64,000 nt of DNA from Candidatus Nanoarchaeia archaeon (lineage in GTDB: Archaea > Nanobdellota > Nanobdellia > Woesearchaeales > SKIA01): positions 9-64,008 of the forward strand of contig JANQNG010000051.1 in NCBI GenBank assembly GCA_028279685.1. The letters run 5' to 3'. A program made the position numbers and the translations under genes. Positions 34,769-44,387 of the stretch are shown here, piece by piece. A model generated the notes under the pieces. The model worked only from the letters and a program-made list of their open reading frames with translations. It was not told the DNA's origin and did no database searches. How positions within the stretch are numbered: the first letter of the stretch is position 1; the number at the start of each line of letters is the position of its first letter.

Positions 34769-35812
34769 ATGGGAATCGGCCTAAAAACTATCGCTACAGC
34801 AGGAGTATTATTCGGATTCTTTTCTTGCTACAAATTTGTTGATAATATAGCTACAGCATTGAACATTGACAAGAAAATTGGTAAAGTTGTAGAACTCGCA
34901 GGCGCAACAACAACTATTGGTGCAGTTGAAAATGACATGATGTCAATGGAAAGTCTTTTAAGAGAAGCCGTAGATAACGCCAAAGAACGAAAAGGAGAGA
35001 ATAGTGCTATCTGGTATAAAAGCGATGTCTTTGAGATTGACAGACTCATCGAAGTCTTAGAAGTCGCCAAACAGCACGCATATGAAGTCGGTATTCTTGA
35101 TCACGCATACACTGATGGTTATTTGGCCGATGATGCACCAGAATGGATCCGCATCACCTATGACAACTGTGTTCCTGCTGAAGATATTCCTCTTAACTAT
35201 CACAGGTTATTCTCAAGTGAATTAGGTGCAATCACAACTGTTGTGTATGAAACATTGAACGACGCTGTTTCAGGAGATGCCCAACCTAGTGACGACAGAG
35301 GAACAACAAATATGGCACTCGTCAGCATTATGGAAAGAGCTGCAGATAAAGCCTGGTGGAATCCTATCGATACAGACTATATTCCTATGTGTAATGCATG
35401 GGGCAATACGTATTTCGCACTAATATACTCAAACATGGGTAAACTTGACAAGGCTATTGAACTACTTGAGGATTCAAAAAATATTCTAGACCAATACCCT
35501 GACGATACGGACCTTGCCATTGTTTGTAATGGCATAAAAACATTGACTATCGGTGATTTGAAAAAATCTGTTGGCAGCGGCATTTATGAATTTAAGAAAC
35601 TTAATGAAATGCCAGATGACAAAAAGTATACTCAAGGATGGTGGGGACAGATACAAAAGAAATCTGAATCTCTAGGAGCAAGTGATGTCTTCATAGGAGA
35701 TCTGATCAATGGTCACGAAGGAAGATATGAAACCTCGTCAATACTTTGGTTGCTTTCAGCTCTTGCCTCATTCGGTTTAGCTTTTGGCGTCTCAAGAAAC
35801 TATTATTTCTAA
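34769..35812 (+). CDS. hypothetical membrane protein (N- and C-terminal TM segments)
   Basis: ORF with hydrophobic termini. No recognisable motif. Confidence 0.55.
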   Translation: MGIGLKTIATAGVLFGFFSCYKFVDNIATALNIDKKIGKVVELAGATTTIGAVENDMMSMESLLREAVDNAKERKGENSAIWYKSDVFEIDRLIEVLEVAKQHAYEVGILDHAYTDGYLADDAPEWIRITYDNCVPAEDIPLNYHRLFSSELGAITTVVYETLNDAVSGDAQPSDDRGTTNMALVSIMERAADKAWWNPIDTDYIPMCNAWGNTYFALIYSNMGKLDKAIELLEDSKNILDQYPDDTDLAIVCNGIKTLTIGDLKKSVGSGIYEFKKLNEMPDDKKYTQGWWGQIQKKSESLGASDVFIGDLINGHEGRYETSSILWLLSALASFGLAFGVSRNYYF

Positions 35813-35853
35813 GCAACATATACATTTTTAAATCATGCATCTCTTTAGTTCCT

Positions 35854-36432
35854 ATGACTTTCGACACAGATAAGAAGAAAGTTTTAGCCAAACTCTACAA
35901 ACCAGATAAATCTAAAAAAGGAGATGTCGATATACAAATTGATTATCTTATTGATGCTATCAACGAAGACAAAGATCTCTATACAACATCTAGCTGCGCT
36001 GGAAGAATTGTGCTGCTAAAAGATCCTGAGTCTGGAAAGAAACATGAAGCAGAATGGCCATTTTCGAGCCATGATGAAATTACCTATGAACAACTTATTC
36101 CAGCACTCAATGCTCTTCCAGAAGAAACGTTATGGTTCAGAATGGAAGCTGTGATCCTCCATGTTTGTGCAAGAACAATAGAAGCTGCACAATCTTTTCT
36201 TGATAAAGCAAGAAGTGTCGGTCTTAAACGTGCAGGTATCTTTGCTACTCAGAACAAAATTATGCTCGAGGTTGTGGCTGTAGAAAGAATTGACACACCT
36301 ATTGCAGAAAATGGAAATTTACTCATAGATACATCATATCTAAAAGTTCTTGCACATTATGCAAACAATAAATTAAGAGAAACAAGAAAAAGAGCCAAAC
36401 GGCTTCATGCATTGCTTATAAGAGATGTTTAA
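35854..36432 (+). CDS. taw3: tRNA wybutosine-synthesizing protein 3 homolog (TYW3/Taw3 methyltransferase)
   Basis: KGDVDIQIDYLIDAIN, TTSSCAGRIVLL, AVILHVCARTIEAAQSFLDKARSVGLKRAGI. Start set at ATG 35854 so it does not overlap the previous gene. Confidence 0.8.
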   Translation: MTFDTDKKKVLAKLYKPDKSKKGDVDIQIDYLIDAINEDKDLYTTSSCAGRIVLLKDPESGKKHEAEWPFSSHDEITYEQLIPALNALPEETLWFRMEAVILHVCARTIEAAQSFLDKARSVGLKRAGIFATQNKIMLEVVAVERIDTPIAENGNLLIDTSYLKVLAHYANNKLRETRKRAKRLHALLIRDV

Positions 36433-36898
36433 TAGCAAGATAAATAATAGCAGCGATAAGAATAACAATCACAACAATCATCAACACAATGCTTGTTATC
36501 TGACCTGCATAATAATTCGTCTTTGCCTCTTTTCCATAGACAACCTGACTATACGGCTTGTAATCAAACGTTTCCTGTTGAGGTTGCTCTTCAAAGAGTT
36601 GATCACCATTATCAGAAAAACTGACTTCTGGAACGGGATAGTCTCCCACAGGATTAACAATCACAGCCATATCACCATATACTCCTATCTGCTCTGCAGG
36701 ATACTGAGGCTGTTGTATATCGTAATAAGGATAGTCCATCTCAAATCCAAGATTTGCATAGTATGCTTCCATTGCCTGTTGGTTTCTCCAAGCTAGGCTT
36801 AGTTCTCCAGGACCCGCAGGTCTTGATGCACTTACTAATGAAGCAATCAAAAGAATGCCGAGTAAAATCAACATAAGTTTTCTCATAATAACCACCAT
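36416..36898 (-). CDS. secreted protein with C-terminal TM anchor, unknown function
   Basis: Signal peptide plus a C-terminal hydrophobic helix. ORF only. Confidence 0.5.
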   Translation of the reverse strand: MVVIMRKLMLILLGILLIASLVSASRPAGPGELSLAWRNQQAMEAYYANLGFEMDYPYYDIQQPQYPAEQIGVYGDMAVIVNPVGDYPVPEVSFSDNGDQLFEEQPQQETFDYKPYSQVVYGKEAKTNYYAGQITSIVLMIVVIVILIAAIIYLAIKHLL

Positions 36899-36979
36899 AA
36901 GTTGTTACTTTTGAGTAAATATACTCTATATATAAATATTATGATAATACAAAATATATATTGTAGAATACTTTATTCA

Positions 36980-38188
36980 TTATTTACCCATATTCCTACC
37001 ACAAATTGGACAGAAAGCAAAATGAAGTAAGACTCTGCTGAACTCTCTCTGAAGATTGGGACGCCTATATCTGGCAAAATAACCTGACCAGTTCAAGACT
37101 GTTTCAGAAAGGTATGAATGCATGATTTGCGTCAATGCATGAAGATTATGTGTTCTCGGATGCCTAAGCAAAAACTTCTTTATCATCCCTTTCTTATCCA
37201 TCTCAAGACGTATCATCATTGTCCCTTCCAAAAGCTCCACAAAAGAGATCGCAGAACCTTGAATAGTCTTTAATTGAAACGTGTTCTTTTTCTCAACAGA
37301 AAGAAGTGCAGCCATCTGCTTTCCACTCTCAGTCCATTGCAGCAATTCAATAGCCATACACGATATCCCTGAAAATATATTATGTTCTTTCTCTTTCATA
37401 TATTTGAGGAAAAATTTCTCTGCGCCACTATCAAGAATCTTTGCATTGTTGAATATTCTTGCTCTTGCTCCTGAGAGAATTCCTTTCTTTGTTGGATATC
37501 GTTCAATTGCTTGCTGTTTTAATGTCAATTGATGTCCAAGCAACACATATTCCTCTATCCGTTTTACACTAAGCAATTCATTCTTGAAATCAAATTTTGT
37601 TCCTTCAATATCAACAAAGTATTTTGCTGTTTTTTCAACAGCAACGAGTAATTCGTTAAAAAGCGTTCTCAATTTTTCAATATCTTCATCAGTAATCTCA
37701 AGATGAACGCCATGTATCAAAAACAGTGGATACGAAGAATGTCCTCCAAGAAGAGAGAGTATCTCATTACAACGCTCAATAATAAAAAATGCTTGCTGAA
37801 CCTCTTTTCTATACTTTTTCAAGTAATTTTTCGGCGTTATTTTGTTGAAGAACGGGGCAGCAGAGAAGTAAAGATATCTTGTACAGTTTCTAATATGTTC
37901 CGCTGCAAGCAATAACTTCCTTATGCGATGTTGATTCTCACTGATCTCTGTCTTGCAAATTTTCTCAACACCATCTAAGCAACAAAGCACATAGCTGAAA
38001 GATTCATGACTGCATATTCTACTGATCATATTAAGCATTTCATTATAATGTACTCCTTCCATTGCAAAGTGTGTATCTTCAGTCTGAACAATGGCAAGCT
38101 TCTGTATATTTCCTTTTACAACATCAAGATCAAGTATGTGTTGCCTTCCTATTCGTATTTTTTTTTTCAGTGACGTTTTCTCAACCAT
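36980..38188 (-). CDS. [NiFe]-hydrogenase large-subunit-like protein (group 3b alpha-like) with degenerate N-terminal metal-binding motif
   Basis: IRIGRQHILDLDV (in place of tRvEGH) and RICSHESFSY (where RxCGxCxxxH is expected). C-terminal FCPICGRNMGK retains CxxC but lacks DP and the terminal His/Arg. Last gene of a beta-gamma-delta-alpha ordered operon. Confidence 0.6.
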   Translation of the reverse strand: MVEKTSLKKKIRIGRQHILDLDVVKGNIQKLAIVQTEDTHFAMEGVHYNEMLNMISRICSHESFSYVLCCLDGVEKICKTEISENQHRIRKLLLAAEHIRNCTRYLYFSAAPFFNKITPKNYLKKYRKEVQQAFFIIERCNEILSLLGGHSSYPLFLIHGVHLEITDEDIEKLRTLFNELLVAVEKTAKYFVDIEGTKFDFKNELLSVKRIEEYVLLGHQLTLKQQAIERYPTKKGILSGARARIFNNAKILDSGAEKFFLKYMKEKEHNIFSGISCMAIELLQWTESGKQMAALLSVEKKNTFQLKTIQGSAISFVELLEGTMMIRLEMDKKGMIKKFLLRHPRTHNLHALTQIMHSYLSETVLNWSGYFARYRRPNLQREFSRVLLHFAFCPICGRNMGK

Positions 38189-38840
38189 TATTCAACACCG
38201 CAAAAGTCTTAAGCGCCTCCTCTATCGCTGTTATATCTTCTTTTTCCGTGAGACACTGCGTAAACGCTTTTAGATTCATTCCTTTTACTGGTCCTCTACA
38301 TCCCGTACAGACTATTCCTTTAGCAGGACAGAGCGCTTCACAACCTCCTAATGTTGCAGAACCAATGCAAGGCAAACCTTTCATGAGCAAACAATCATAT
38401 TCACGCAAGGTACATTGATAACAGACAGGCTTCTTATAGATCAAAGGCGTTTTTCCTTTCTTCAGACAAGCAATAACATCAAGTATTTCTTCTCCCAAAA
38501 CAGGATGTCCTGGAAGCGCAACAGAAACAGGAACAGAAACTGAAATAGCTTGACTTTTGTTCTTCTGTTGTTTTGGAGGAACAAATCCGAAACAAGCTTC
38601 ACTTCCCAGTGCAACAATATGTTTCGCTTTTCCAACATACTTTTTGAGAATTCTCTTCTGATCTTCACACATCAACGCTCCTTCGACAAAAGCAACATCA
38701 ACTTCTTTAGGTTCTTCCTGTATCATTGGGAAAACCTCTAATGAACACATCGCGTCAAGTTTCTTAAACATCTCACTGTTGTAAAATAATGCAGTAGTAG
38801 AACAGCCATCAGATTCCAGTAGAAAGAAACCGACTTTCAT
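38181..38840 (-). CDS. [NiFe]-hydrogenase small-subunit-like protein (group 3b delta-like)
   Basis: C-terminal CYQC...C...PCIGSATLGGCEALCP...CTGCRGP is typical of group-3 small subunits. The proximal-cluster positions read ESDGCS, GSEACFG and PGHP. Confidence 0.65.
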   Translation of the reverse strand: MKVGFFLLESDGCSTTALFYNSEMFKKLDAMCSLEVFPMIQEEPKEVDVAFVEGALMCEDQKRILKKYVGKAKHIVALGSEACFGFVPPKQQKNKSQAISVSVPVSVALPGHPVLGEEILDVIACLKKGKTPLIYKKPVCYQCTLREYDCLLMKGLPCIGSATLGGCEALCPAKGIVCTGCRGPVKGMNLKAFTQCLTEKEDITAIEEALKTFAVLNNG

Positions 38841-39610
38841 AACATCAACCTCTCATATTCGGTATAGGGAATAACTGGCCCATCAACACAAAGATACGTA
38901 TCTTTGATAAGACATTGACCTGAACGCTTGTTATGCCAAGATAATTTACTGTTAACTAACATTTGTATCATCTTCTTGTCATATTTCTTCTCAAGAAGAA
39001 ACTCTATGATCTGTTTTGTTGTTTTCTCTCCTGCAAGCACTGCAATTGTAGACGATGCAGGTATACTAACTTTTCTCAAAAGTGTTATTATGCTTCCTAA
39101 ATGACCATACCATTGCTTGCCCGTCTCCAATGATGTTGTGAATACATTATGTTTCTGTGACCATCGTTTAATATCTTTGACGAAGAACATATTTGCAGGT
39201 TTATTGAATCCTGTGTAAATAATAATGTCGTTGATCTTTTGTTTCTTACTTTCCAAGTATTGAACTAGTGCTCTGGCAATCGGCAACCCTGTTCTATTCA
39301 ATATAATAACTGCGTGCTTTTCCTCAAATTTCTTCACATCAAGTCCTCTGCCAAAAGGCTTATAGATGAATATTTTGCTCCGTTCTTTATACTTAGTAAG
39401 TTCCTTTCCTATTTTACTATCTGTGTTAACAAGAAATTGAAGCATTTTTTTATCATAAGAGCAAATAGGAAATGATGCAACACCAAGAAACGGAACATAT
39501 ACAGGAATATATTGTCCTGGTAAATATGAAAATCTCCCCCTCACTTCCAAAAGAATATTCTTTTTGCTGACCTGTTCTCTTTTCGATATTCTGTATTCTT
39601 TCGGTATCAT
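38837..39610 (-). CDS. oxidoreductase FAD/NAD(P)-binding-fold subunit (HydG/PyrK-like gamma subunit), cofactor motifs degenerate
   Basis: LPGQYIPVYVP, IYKPFGRG, VIILNRTGLPIA, and C-terminal GQCLIKDTYLCVDGPV with only 2 Cys where a 4-Cys 2Fe-2S motif is usual. Confidence 0.55.
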   Translation of the reverse strand: MIPKEYRISKREQVSKKNILLEVRGRFSYLPGQYIPVYVPFLGVASFPICSYDKKMLQFLVNTDSKIGKELTKYKERSKIFIYKPFGRGLDVKKFEEKHAVIILNRTGLPIARALVQYLESKKQKINDIIIYTGFNKPANMFFVKDIKRWSQKHNVFTTSLETGKQWYGHLGSIITLLRKVSIPASSTIAVLAGEKTTKQIIEFLLEKKYDKKMIQMLVNSKLSWHNKRSGQCLIKDTYLCVDGPVIPYTEYERLML

Positions 39611-40557
39611 GATAAACCCTCTTTTTTCAACGATCTTTTCCCTGGTTTCTTCTCAAGATTATTAAGTATCTCTACAAAATCAATATGTGTAGGACATCCT
39701 GTGATACATCGACCGCATCCAACACATAAGGTATGTCCAAAGTTTTTTTTTGAGTATTCTAGTTGAAAAAATATTCTTTGTTTCAGACGTTCTGTCCTTT
39801 CTTTAGGAAAATCGCTGAAATCCACATATTGGTCTGAATCCCATTTTCTAATCTGATTACTCGAGTGAAGATCATAGGCTATTTTTTCTTCATGGATAAA
39901 CTCCATTGATACAGGACATAAAAGATTACACCGACCACAACTCAGGCAGCGCTCATCAGCTGTCTTCTCCCATATAGGATCATCGAAATGATTCATGATG
40001 TTTTTATTTTTTAGATGTCTTGGTGAATTGATTTTTGGTATTTCCATATGGATTTCCTTGTATCTGCTGATAAGTTTTTTCCCTTTATCACTTTTACAAT
40101 CAATATAATACGTGTCATGTAGTTCAAGAATGTATAAATCGTAATAGGGTTTCAAATCCATACTTGAACAAAAACTATAATCATGGCAACCTGTGCAATG
40201 AACACCAATAAGAATAGTATTATTTCTTCTTTGTGTATATCCTTCTTCATCAGCAAAGATTTCATCGAAATGTTTTATGGCATTGAGATCACATAGTCTT
40301 AATCCATAGATAATACGTTCTTTTTTCTCACTAGGTCCGGCGAGTTTTCCCTCACTATAAGTAAACATGACTTCTTCTTTAGGAAGAAAGAATTGTTTTG
40401 CATGAAAATATGGTTGTTCTTTAAGATAGATTTGCTTCATATCTGTAATATGCTTAAATCGAACAACATCTTCTTTGACTGGAGCTATGAATTCATATTT
40501 CTGAATAAGTCTGTAAAGAAACCTTTTGAAATCGTCTTTTTTGATCTCAACACCCAT
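39607..40557 (-). CDS. 4Fe-4S dicluster subunit (HydB-like beta subunit)
   Basis: CLSCGRCNLLCP and CVGCGRCITGCP, two complete CxxCxxCxxxCP motifs. 4-nt overlaps link all four genes. Confidence 0.7.
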   Translation of the reverse strand: MGVEIKKDDFKRFLYRLIQKYEFIAPVKEDVVRFKHITDMKQIYLKEQPYFHAKQFFLPKEEVMFTYSEGKLAGPSEKKERIIYGLRLCDLNAIKHFDEIFADEEGYTQRRNNTILIGVHCTGCHDYSFCSSMDLKPYYDLYILELHDTYYIDCKSDKGKKLISRYKEIHMEIPKINSPRHLKNKNIMNHFDDPIWEKTADERCLSCGRCNLLCPVSMEFIHEEKIAYDLHSSNQIRKWDSDQYVDFSDFPKERTERLKQRIFFQLEYSKKNFGHTLCVGCGRCITGCPTHIDFVEILNNLEKKPGKRSLKKEGLS

Positions 40558-40649
40558 GCCGGCTGGAAGAAGTTGGTGTTTAAATAATAGATTATTCCTC
40601 TCTGATTATTTTATAAACATTTAAATATCTTTTTCTTTTCCTCACTTAA

Positions 40650-41453
40650 ATGGAGATACAGTTTAATGAGGAATATCTTCAGCAGTTCAGAAGCTTGTTG
40701 TTTCCTATAATAGGGAAAGAGCTGATAACAGGGTACAATATCTATAGAATTGTTGATAAAAGCAAAAAAAGACCCTCTTTTCAACTTAGCTACTTTCATT
40801 CTGATTTATCTGAAAAAGATGAGCACAGAACTGCATTAGTAGAGAAGCTTTCAGATTATGGAGTTATTCATCTGACTGAAAAAGTGGAAGAAAACATAAT
40901 ATGCAGAAATGCATCATATATCACAAAAAATCTATGGGATGATCCTCTTAGAACAAGATACTTTGATACCTCTGGAAATAAAATACTTGAAGAGACATTA
41001 CTTGATTTTGAAGGGATAATCATTGCAGAATCTCTGCAGTATGATATGAATATAGGAGTTGAGAGTGAAAAAGATCTTGCATTACTCATAAAAATAGTAA
41101 ATAAGCATTTATACAAATACATAAGAAACGTCCAAGGAAACTACGTACTTAAGAAAGGAGAAAAAGCATTAAATCCTGATGGAATACCTGGTGCATGGGA
41201 TATACCTTTGATCTCCTTAAGAACAGATAAACGCAAAATCATAGAAGGTTTTTCTGAAATTTCAGAAATAATTATTGAAATGCAAGGAAACGAAGAAATT
41301 ATGGCTTCTTTATTTATTGACAGAAAAACAAAACAATTTTTGAATGAATTAAAATCAAAATCACAAGAATTTTCAAAAATACCTATCTTAGCAAATTCTC
41401 TTTTTGTAGATAAATACATTAATGCAGATTTCAAGCAATTTCTGGAAGAATAA
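40650..41453 (+). CDS. hypothetical protein
   Basis: ORF only. Confidence 0.5.
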   Translation: MEIQFNEEYLQQFRSLLFPIIGKELITGYNIYRIVDKSKKRPSFQLSYFHSDLSEKDEHRTALVEKLSDYGVIHLTEKVEENIICRNASYITKNLWDDPLRTRYFDTSGNKILEETLLDFEGIIIAESLQYDMNIGVESEKDLALLIKIVNKHLYKYIRNVQGNYVLKKGEKALNPDGIPGAWDIPLISLRTDKRKIIEGFSEISEIIIEMQGNEEIMASLFIDRKTKQFLNELKSKSQEFSKIPILANSLFVDKYINADFKQFLEE

Positions 41454-41476
41454 GAAACAAGAACCAAAATATGTGA

Positions 41477-41854
41477 TTATGCATCATACACTATTTGTCC
41501 ATTCACTTCAACCCAGTCTTTTTTAGAAAGCCTTTCTTTTTTTCTTTGAAACCAAGAAAGATCAAAATAGTGATTACTCAAATGAATTGGAAGAGTTCTG
41601 CTTGATTTTTGTTTTGCCAATAAATCGTCAATCTCTCTTTTTGTATATATACCATATCCTTCTGCTTGTCCATGAGGAAGAGGATGTCCCCAAAGCCCTA
41701 TAACACAAGACTCTCCTAAAGAATCTTCTGCCTTCTTTAACTTTTCTTCTACTTCAATAATATATTCCATGTCCTTGCTCATCCTTAAATTTTGCTTGAT
41801 ATCAATTTTTCTTCTGTTGAGGAAGAGACTGTATGCATCAAAATCACTAACCAT
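41477..41854 (-). CDS. conserved hypothetical protein, paralog of 54579-54971
   Basis: Shares KIDIxQNLRMS, EEKLxxAE, LGExCVIxxWGxPLPHGxxEGYGI, YFDxxWF and NGQIVY with the second copy. Confidence 0.65.
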   Translation of the reverse strand: MVSDFDAYSLFLNRRKIDIKQNLRMSKDMEYIIEVEEKLKKAEDSLGESCVIGLWGHPLPHGQAEGYGIYTKREIDDLLAKQKSSRTLPIHLSNHYFDLSWFQRKKERLSKKDWVEVNGQIVYDA

Positions 41855-41920
41855 GCCTTATTGAGACAAGTACAAGAATATATATTTTGTGAATCTTGAG
41901 AGTTTTATTTATAAAAGAAA

Positions 41921-42190
41921 GAGGGCACGCCCCTGGATGGACACAAACAACCCATTTCGGCTTACCCTAGGCTTTCCTCCCCTCCGCTACCCAAGATACA
42001 CAGCTATTCTCACTTAGAGCTGCTTCATTCCTGACCTGACTCGGTTCGTAAGAACCACCGTCATCAAGGACAGAGGATCGACAGTCCCCCTAGGACCAAA
42101 CTGAGCAGCAATGCCGCTCCAGGAGCTTCGACCATACCATAAGGCCCGTTTGTACTAACAGGGAAGGGCCAACTCCCCAGCCTAGCCCAT
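41921..42190 (-). ncRNA. signal recognition particle RNA (archaeal 7S/SRP RNA)
   Basis: ORF-free, GC-enriched block. The minus strand reads GGGCTAGGCTGGGGAGTTGGCCC... (Alu-domain 5' end) and ...GAGTCAGGTCAGGAATGAAGCAGCTCTAAG (helix-8 GGUCAGG...GAAGCAGC motif). TATA-like CTTTAAAA lies ~25 nt upstream and a T-rich tract downstream. Confidence 0.85.
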
Positions 42191-42211
42191 ACATAGTAAA
42201 TCAGAAGTTGC

Positions 42212-42219
42212 TTTTAAAG
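42212..42219 (-). promoter_or_regulatory. TATA-box-like element upstream of SRP RNA
   Basis: Minus-strand CTTTAAAA, centred ~26 nt upstream of the GGGCTAGG 5' end. Confidence 0.5.
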
Positions 42220-42231
42220 GTTGTTAAACGC

Positions 42232-42999
42232 TTATTGTTGATCTTTCAAAGACCTTATTTCATCAACAATATCTGGAAATAAAGAACCAGATCGATCTAT
42301 TTTATTAACTGTTCTTGTTCTTCCTTGATAATTCAATGTTAAACTTTCATTGTAATTACCAAATACCACGTAACCCTTATGTTCATACTCATAGAAATTC
42401 TCTTCAATTAATCTTTCAGCGTAAGATTTAACTTGTTCTGGAGCAATAGTTATTTCCTTTTGAATATGCTCAATACTTTTCATCTCTATAGCATCGAAAT
42501 CAATCTCAATAAAGTCTACTTTTCCGTTTTCGTATAATCTAATTTTTTTCTTGCCGTAAAGTACAGCTTCAACAAAATACTCCAACACTATGCTTTCCTC
42601 TTTCAAAGGTATTCCAAATTCAGGGTCAGATTCTACACCAAAACGTTCACACCAGCCAGGATACCCTGTATCAAACAATGATTGTACACCAAAATTCTCA
42701 TGGTAATCAGGATAGAGTTGGCTGAATCTCTCTTCAATCACATCTCTTAATTCATTATCAGTAAGATTCAGTTGAATTATTCTCTCAAGAAGAATCGATT
42801 CAGGATAATCTACGCCTAATGATTTGTAAACAGCAGCATAATCTAACTCACCAGATTCTGTTGTAACTTTTTCTCGTTTTCGAGGATCATATTTTAATAA
42901 TAATAACCTTTCATTAAGCTTGCCAGCATCTACCTTTTTCTTAAAGAAAGCTTTTATTCTTTTGCTGGCATTTGATTCGACAAAGTTTTCCACTGACAT
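42232..42999 (-). CDS. hypothetical protein
   Basis: ORF only, acidic. No recognisable motif. Confidence 0.5.
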   Translation of the reverse strand: MSVENFVESNASKRIKAFFKKKVDAGKLNERLLLLKYDPRKREKVTTESGELDYAAVYKSLGVDYPESILLERIIQLNLTDNELRDVIEERFSQLYPDYHENFGVQSLFDTGYPGWCERFGVESDPEFGIPLKEESIVLEYFVEAVLYGKKKIRLYENGKVDFIEIDFDAIEMKSIEHIQKEITIAPEQVKSYAERLIEENFYEYEHKGYVVFGNYNESLTLNYQGRTRTVNKIDRSGSLFPDIVDEIRSLKDQQ

Positions 43000-43259
43000 T
43001 TTTTCATCTCGACATAGATAGTATTTCCCAGATATTTATAAATTTACTTAATTTTACTACTTTTTAATCCTCATAAATTGAGAGACAGTTCAGAAAAATC
43101 ACCCTGCCTTTCTTACTGGTGTGCCTCTTAAAAACATACTCTGAGACCATTTATCACCATGATTAGAAGAATAGTTTAAATAATTGTATTTAGTCAGACA
43201 AAACTAACAAATAACTAATCGCAGTTGAAAAGAGAAAACTAAAGTAGATATGTTAGTAA

Positions 43260-44282
43260 CTAATTTAATTTATCTATCAGACCATCTGTATAACTTGCCC
43301 GCAATGGAATCTCTTTTTCTTGATAAAGCAATACCCTTCCTTTATCTTTTGGTGTTATCTTCCCAATTTCTTTTGCCACAATACCAGCATCACGATAATC
43401 TCGTAGCAAATCATCAAGGTTATTTGCATCAATACTAATCAACAATGCTCCTGAACCAAATATCCCTAAAGGATCATCTCCAGTAACAGCACATATTCTT
43501 TGAGTCTCTTCTCTGATTGGAATTTTATTGTAATCTATGTAAACACCATTTCCGGAAGCTATTGCTAATTCTTCAATTCCTTTTCTCACACCACCTTCAG
43601 TAGGATCATGTAATGCATTTGGCGAATGATTCCAAGCAATATAGGCAGCTTTCGCAACACAAATCCCAGGATCATAAAGAAATTGTTTTGCTCTTTCTAT
43701 TGTTTCTTCATAAATCTTTCCTTTCAATAACTTATACATATTTGCAGCTAAAATCGCAGTTCCTTCTATCCCCGCACCCCCTGTCAAAACTAATGAATCT
43801 CCTGCTTTTGCTCCTGCTGTAGTTATTATTTTTTCTTTACTAACCTCTCCTAGCATAGTAAGAACAATTCCTGGATTTTTAACCATAGAAGTTACTTCAG
43901 TATGCCCAGTAACTATGGAAATACCATGCGGTTGGATTGCATCATGTAATTGTTTAAAGAATTTATCAACATCATCTAAAGTCGATCCTTCTGGAAAAAA
44001 TACACTTGAAGAAGCCCATTTAGGAATTGCTCCTCTTGTCACAATATCATTTACATTAACAGCAACAGCAAAATATGGAGCATTTGATATATTTACCATA
44101 ATAGGATCTACACAAACAGCCAAACAATTGTTTTTTCTTGAAGTCAAATCAATAACTGCCGCATCCTCTCCAAGCTTCGGACCAAGTATTATTCTTTCAC
44201 TTTCACTATTTGTATACTTCTCTAAAATAATAGACAACTCATTATCCGGTAATTTTCCCAACTTTAATTTTTTTGAATGCAT
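43260..44282 (-). CDS. AIR synthase-related protein (PurM/ThiL/HypE/SelD superfamily)
   Basis: GEDAAVIDL, AVNVNDIVTRGAIP, IVTGHTEV, LVLTGGAGIEGTAILA and HDPTEGGV follow the PurM-like N and C domain order. Start set at Met12 (ATG 44282). Confidence 0.7.
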   Translation of the reverse strand: MHSKKLKLGKLPDNELSIILEKYTNSESERIILGPKLGEDAAVIDLTSRKNNCLAVCVDPIMVNISNAPYFAVAVNVNDIVTRGAIPKWASSSVFFPEGSTLDDVDKFFKQLHDAIQPHGISIVTGHTEVTSMVKNPGIVLTMLGEVSKEKIITTAGAKAGDSLVLTGGAGIEGTAILAANMYKLLKGKIYEETIERAKQFLYDPGICVAKAAYIAWNHSPNALHDPTEGGVRKGIEELAIASGNGVYIDYNKIPIREETQRICAVTGDDPLGIFGSGALLISIDANNLDDLLRDYRDAGIVAKEIGKITPKDKGRVLLYQEKEIPLRASYTDGLIDKLN

Positions 44283-44387
44283 CGTACCTTCGCAAAGAAA
44301 TAAAATACTCAACAATTAATTAAAATAATCATTAATTTATAGAACTTTTTGGTAAAATTTATATATTATTTACCTTATTATTCTGTT

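Noticed and set aside
41940-41990. GGAGGAAAGCC on the minus strand, resembling the RNase P RNA CR-I motif (GAGGAAAGUCC)
   Set aside because: The same RNA carries the SRP Alu-domain 5' sequence GGGCTAGGC...GGGG and the helix-8 GGTCAGG...GAAGCAGC motif. It lacks the other RNase P conserved regions, so it is called as SRP RNA.
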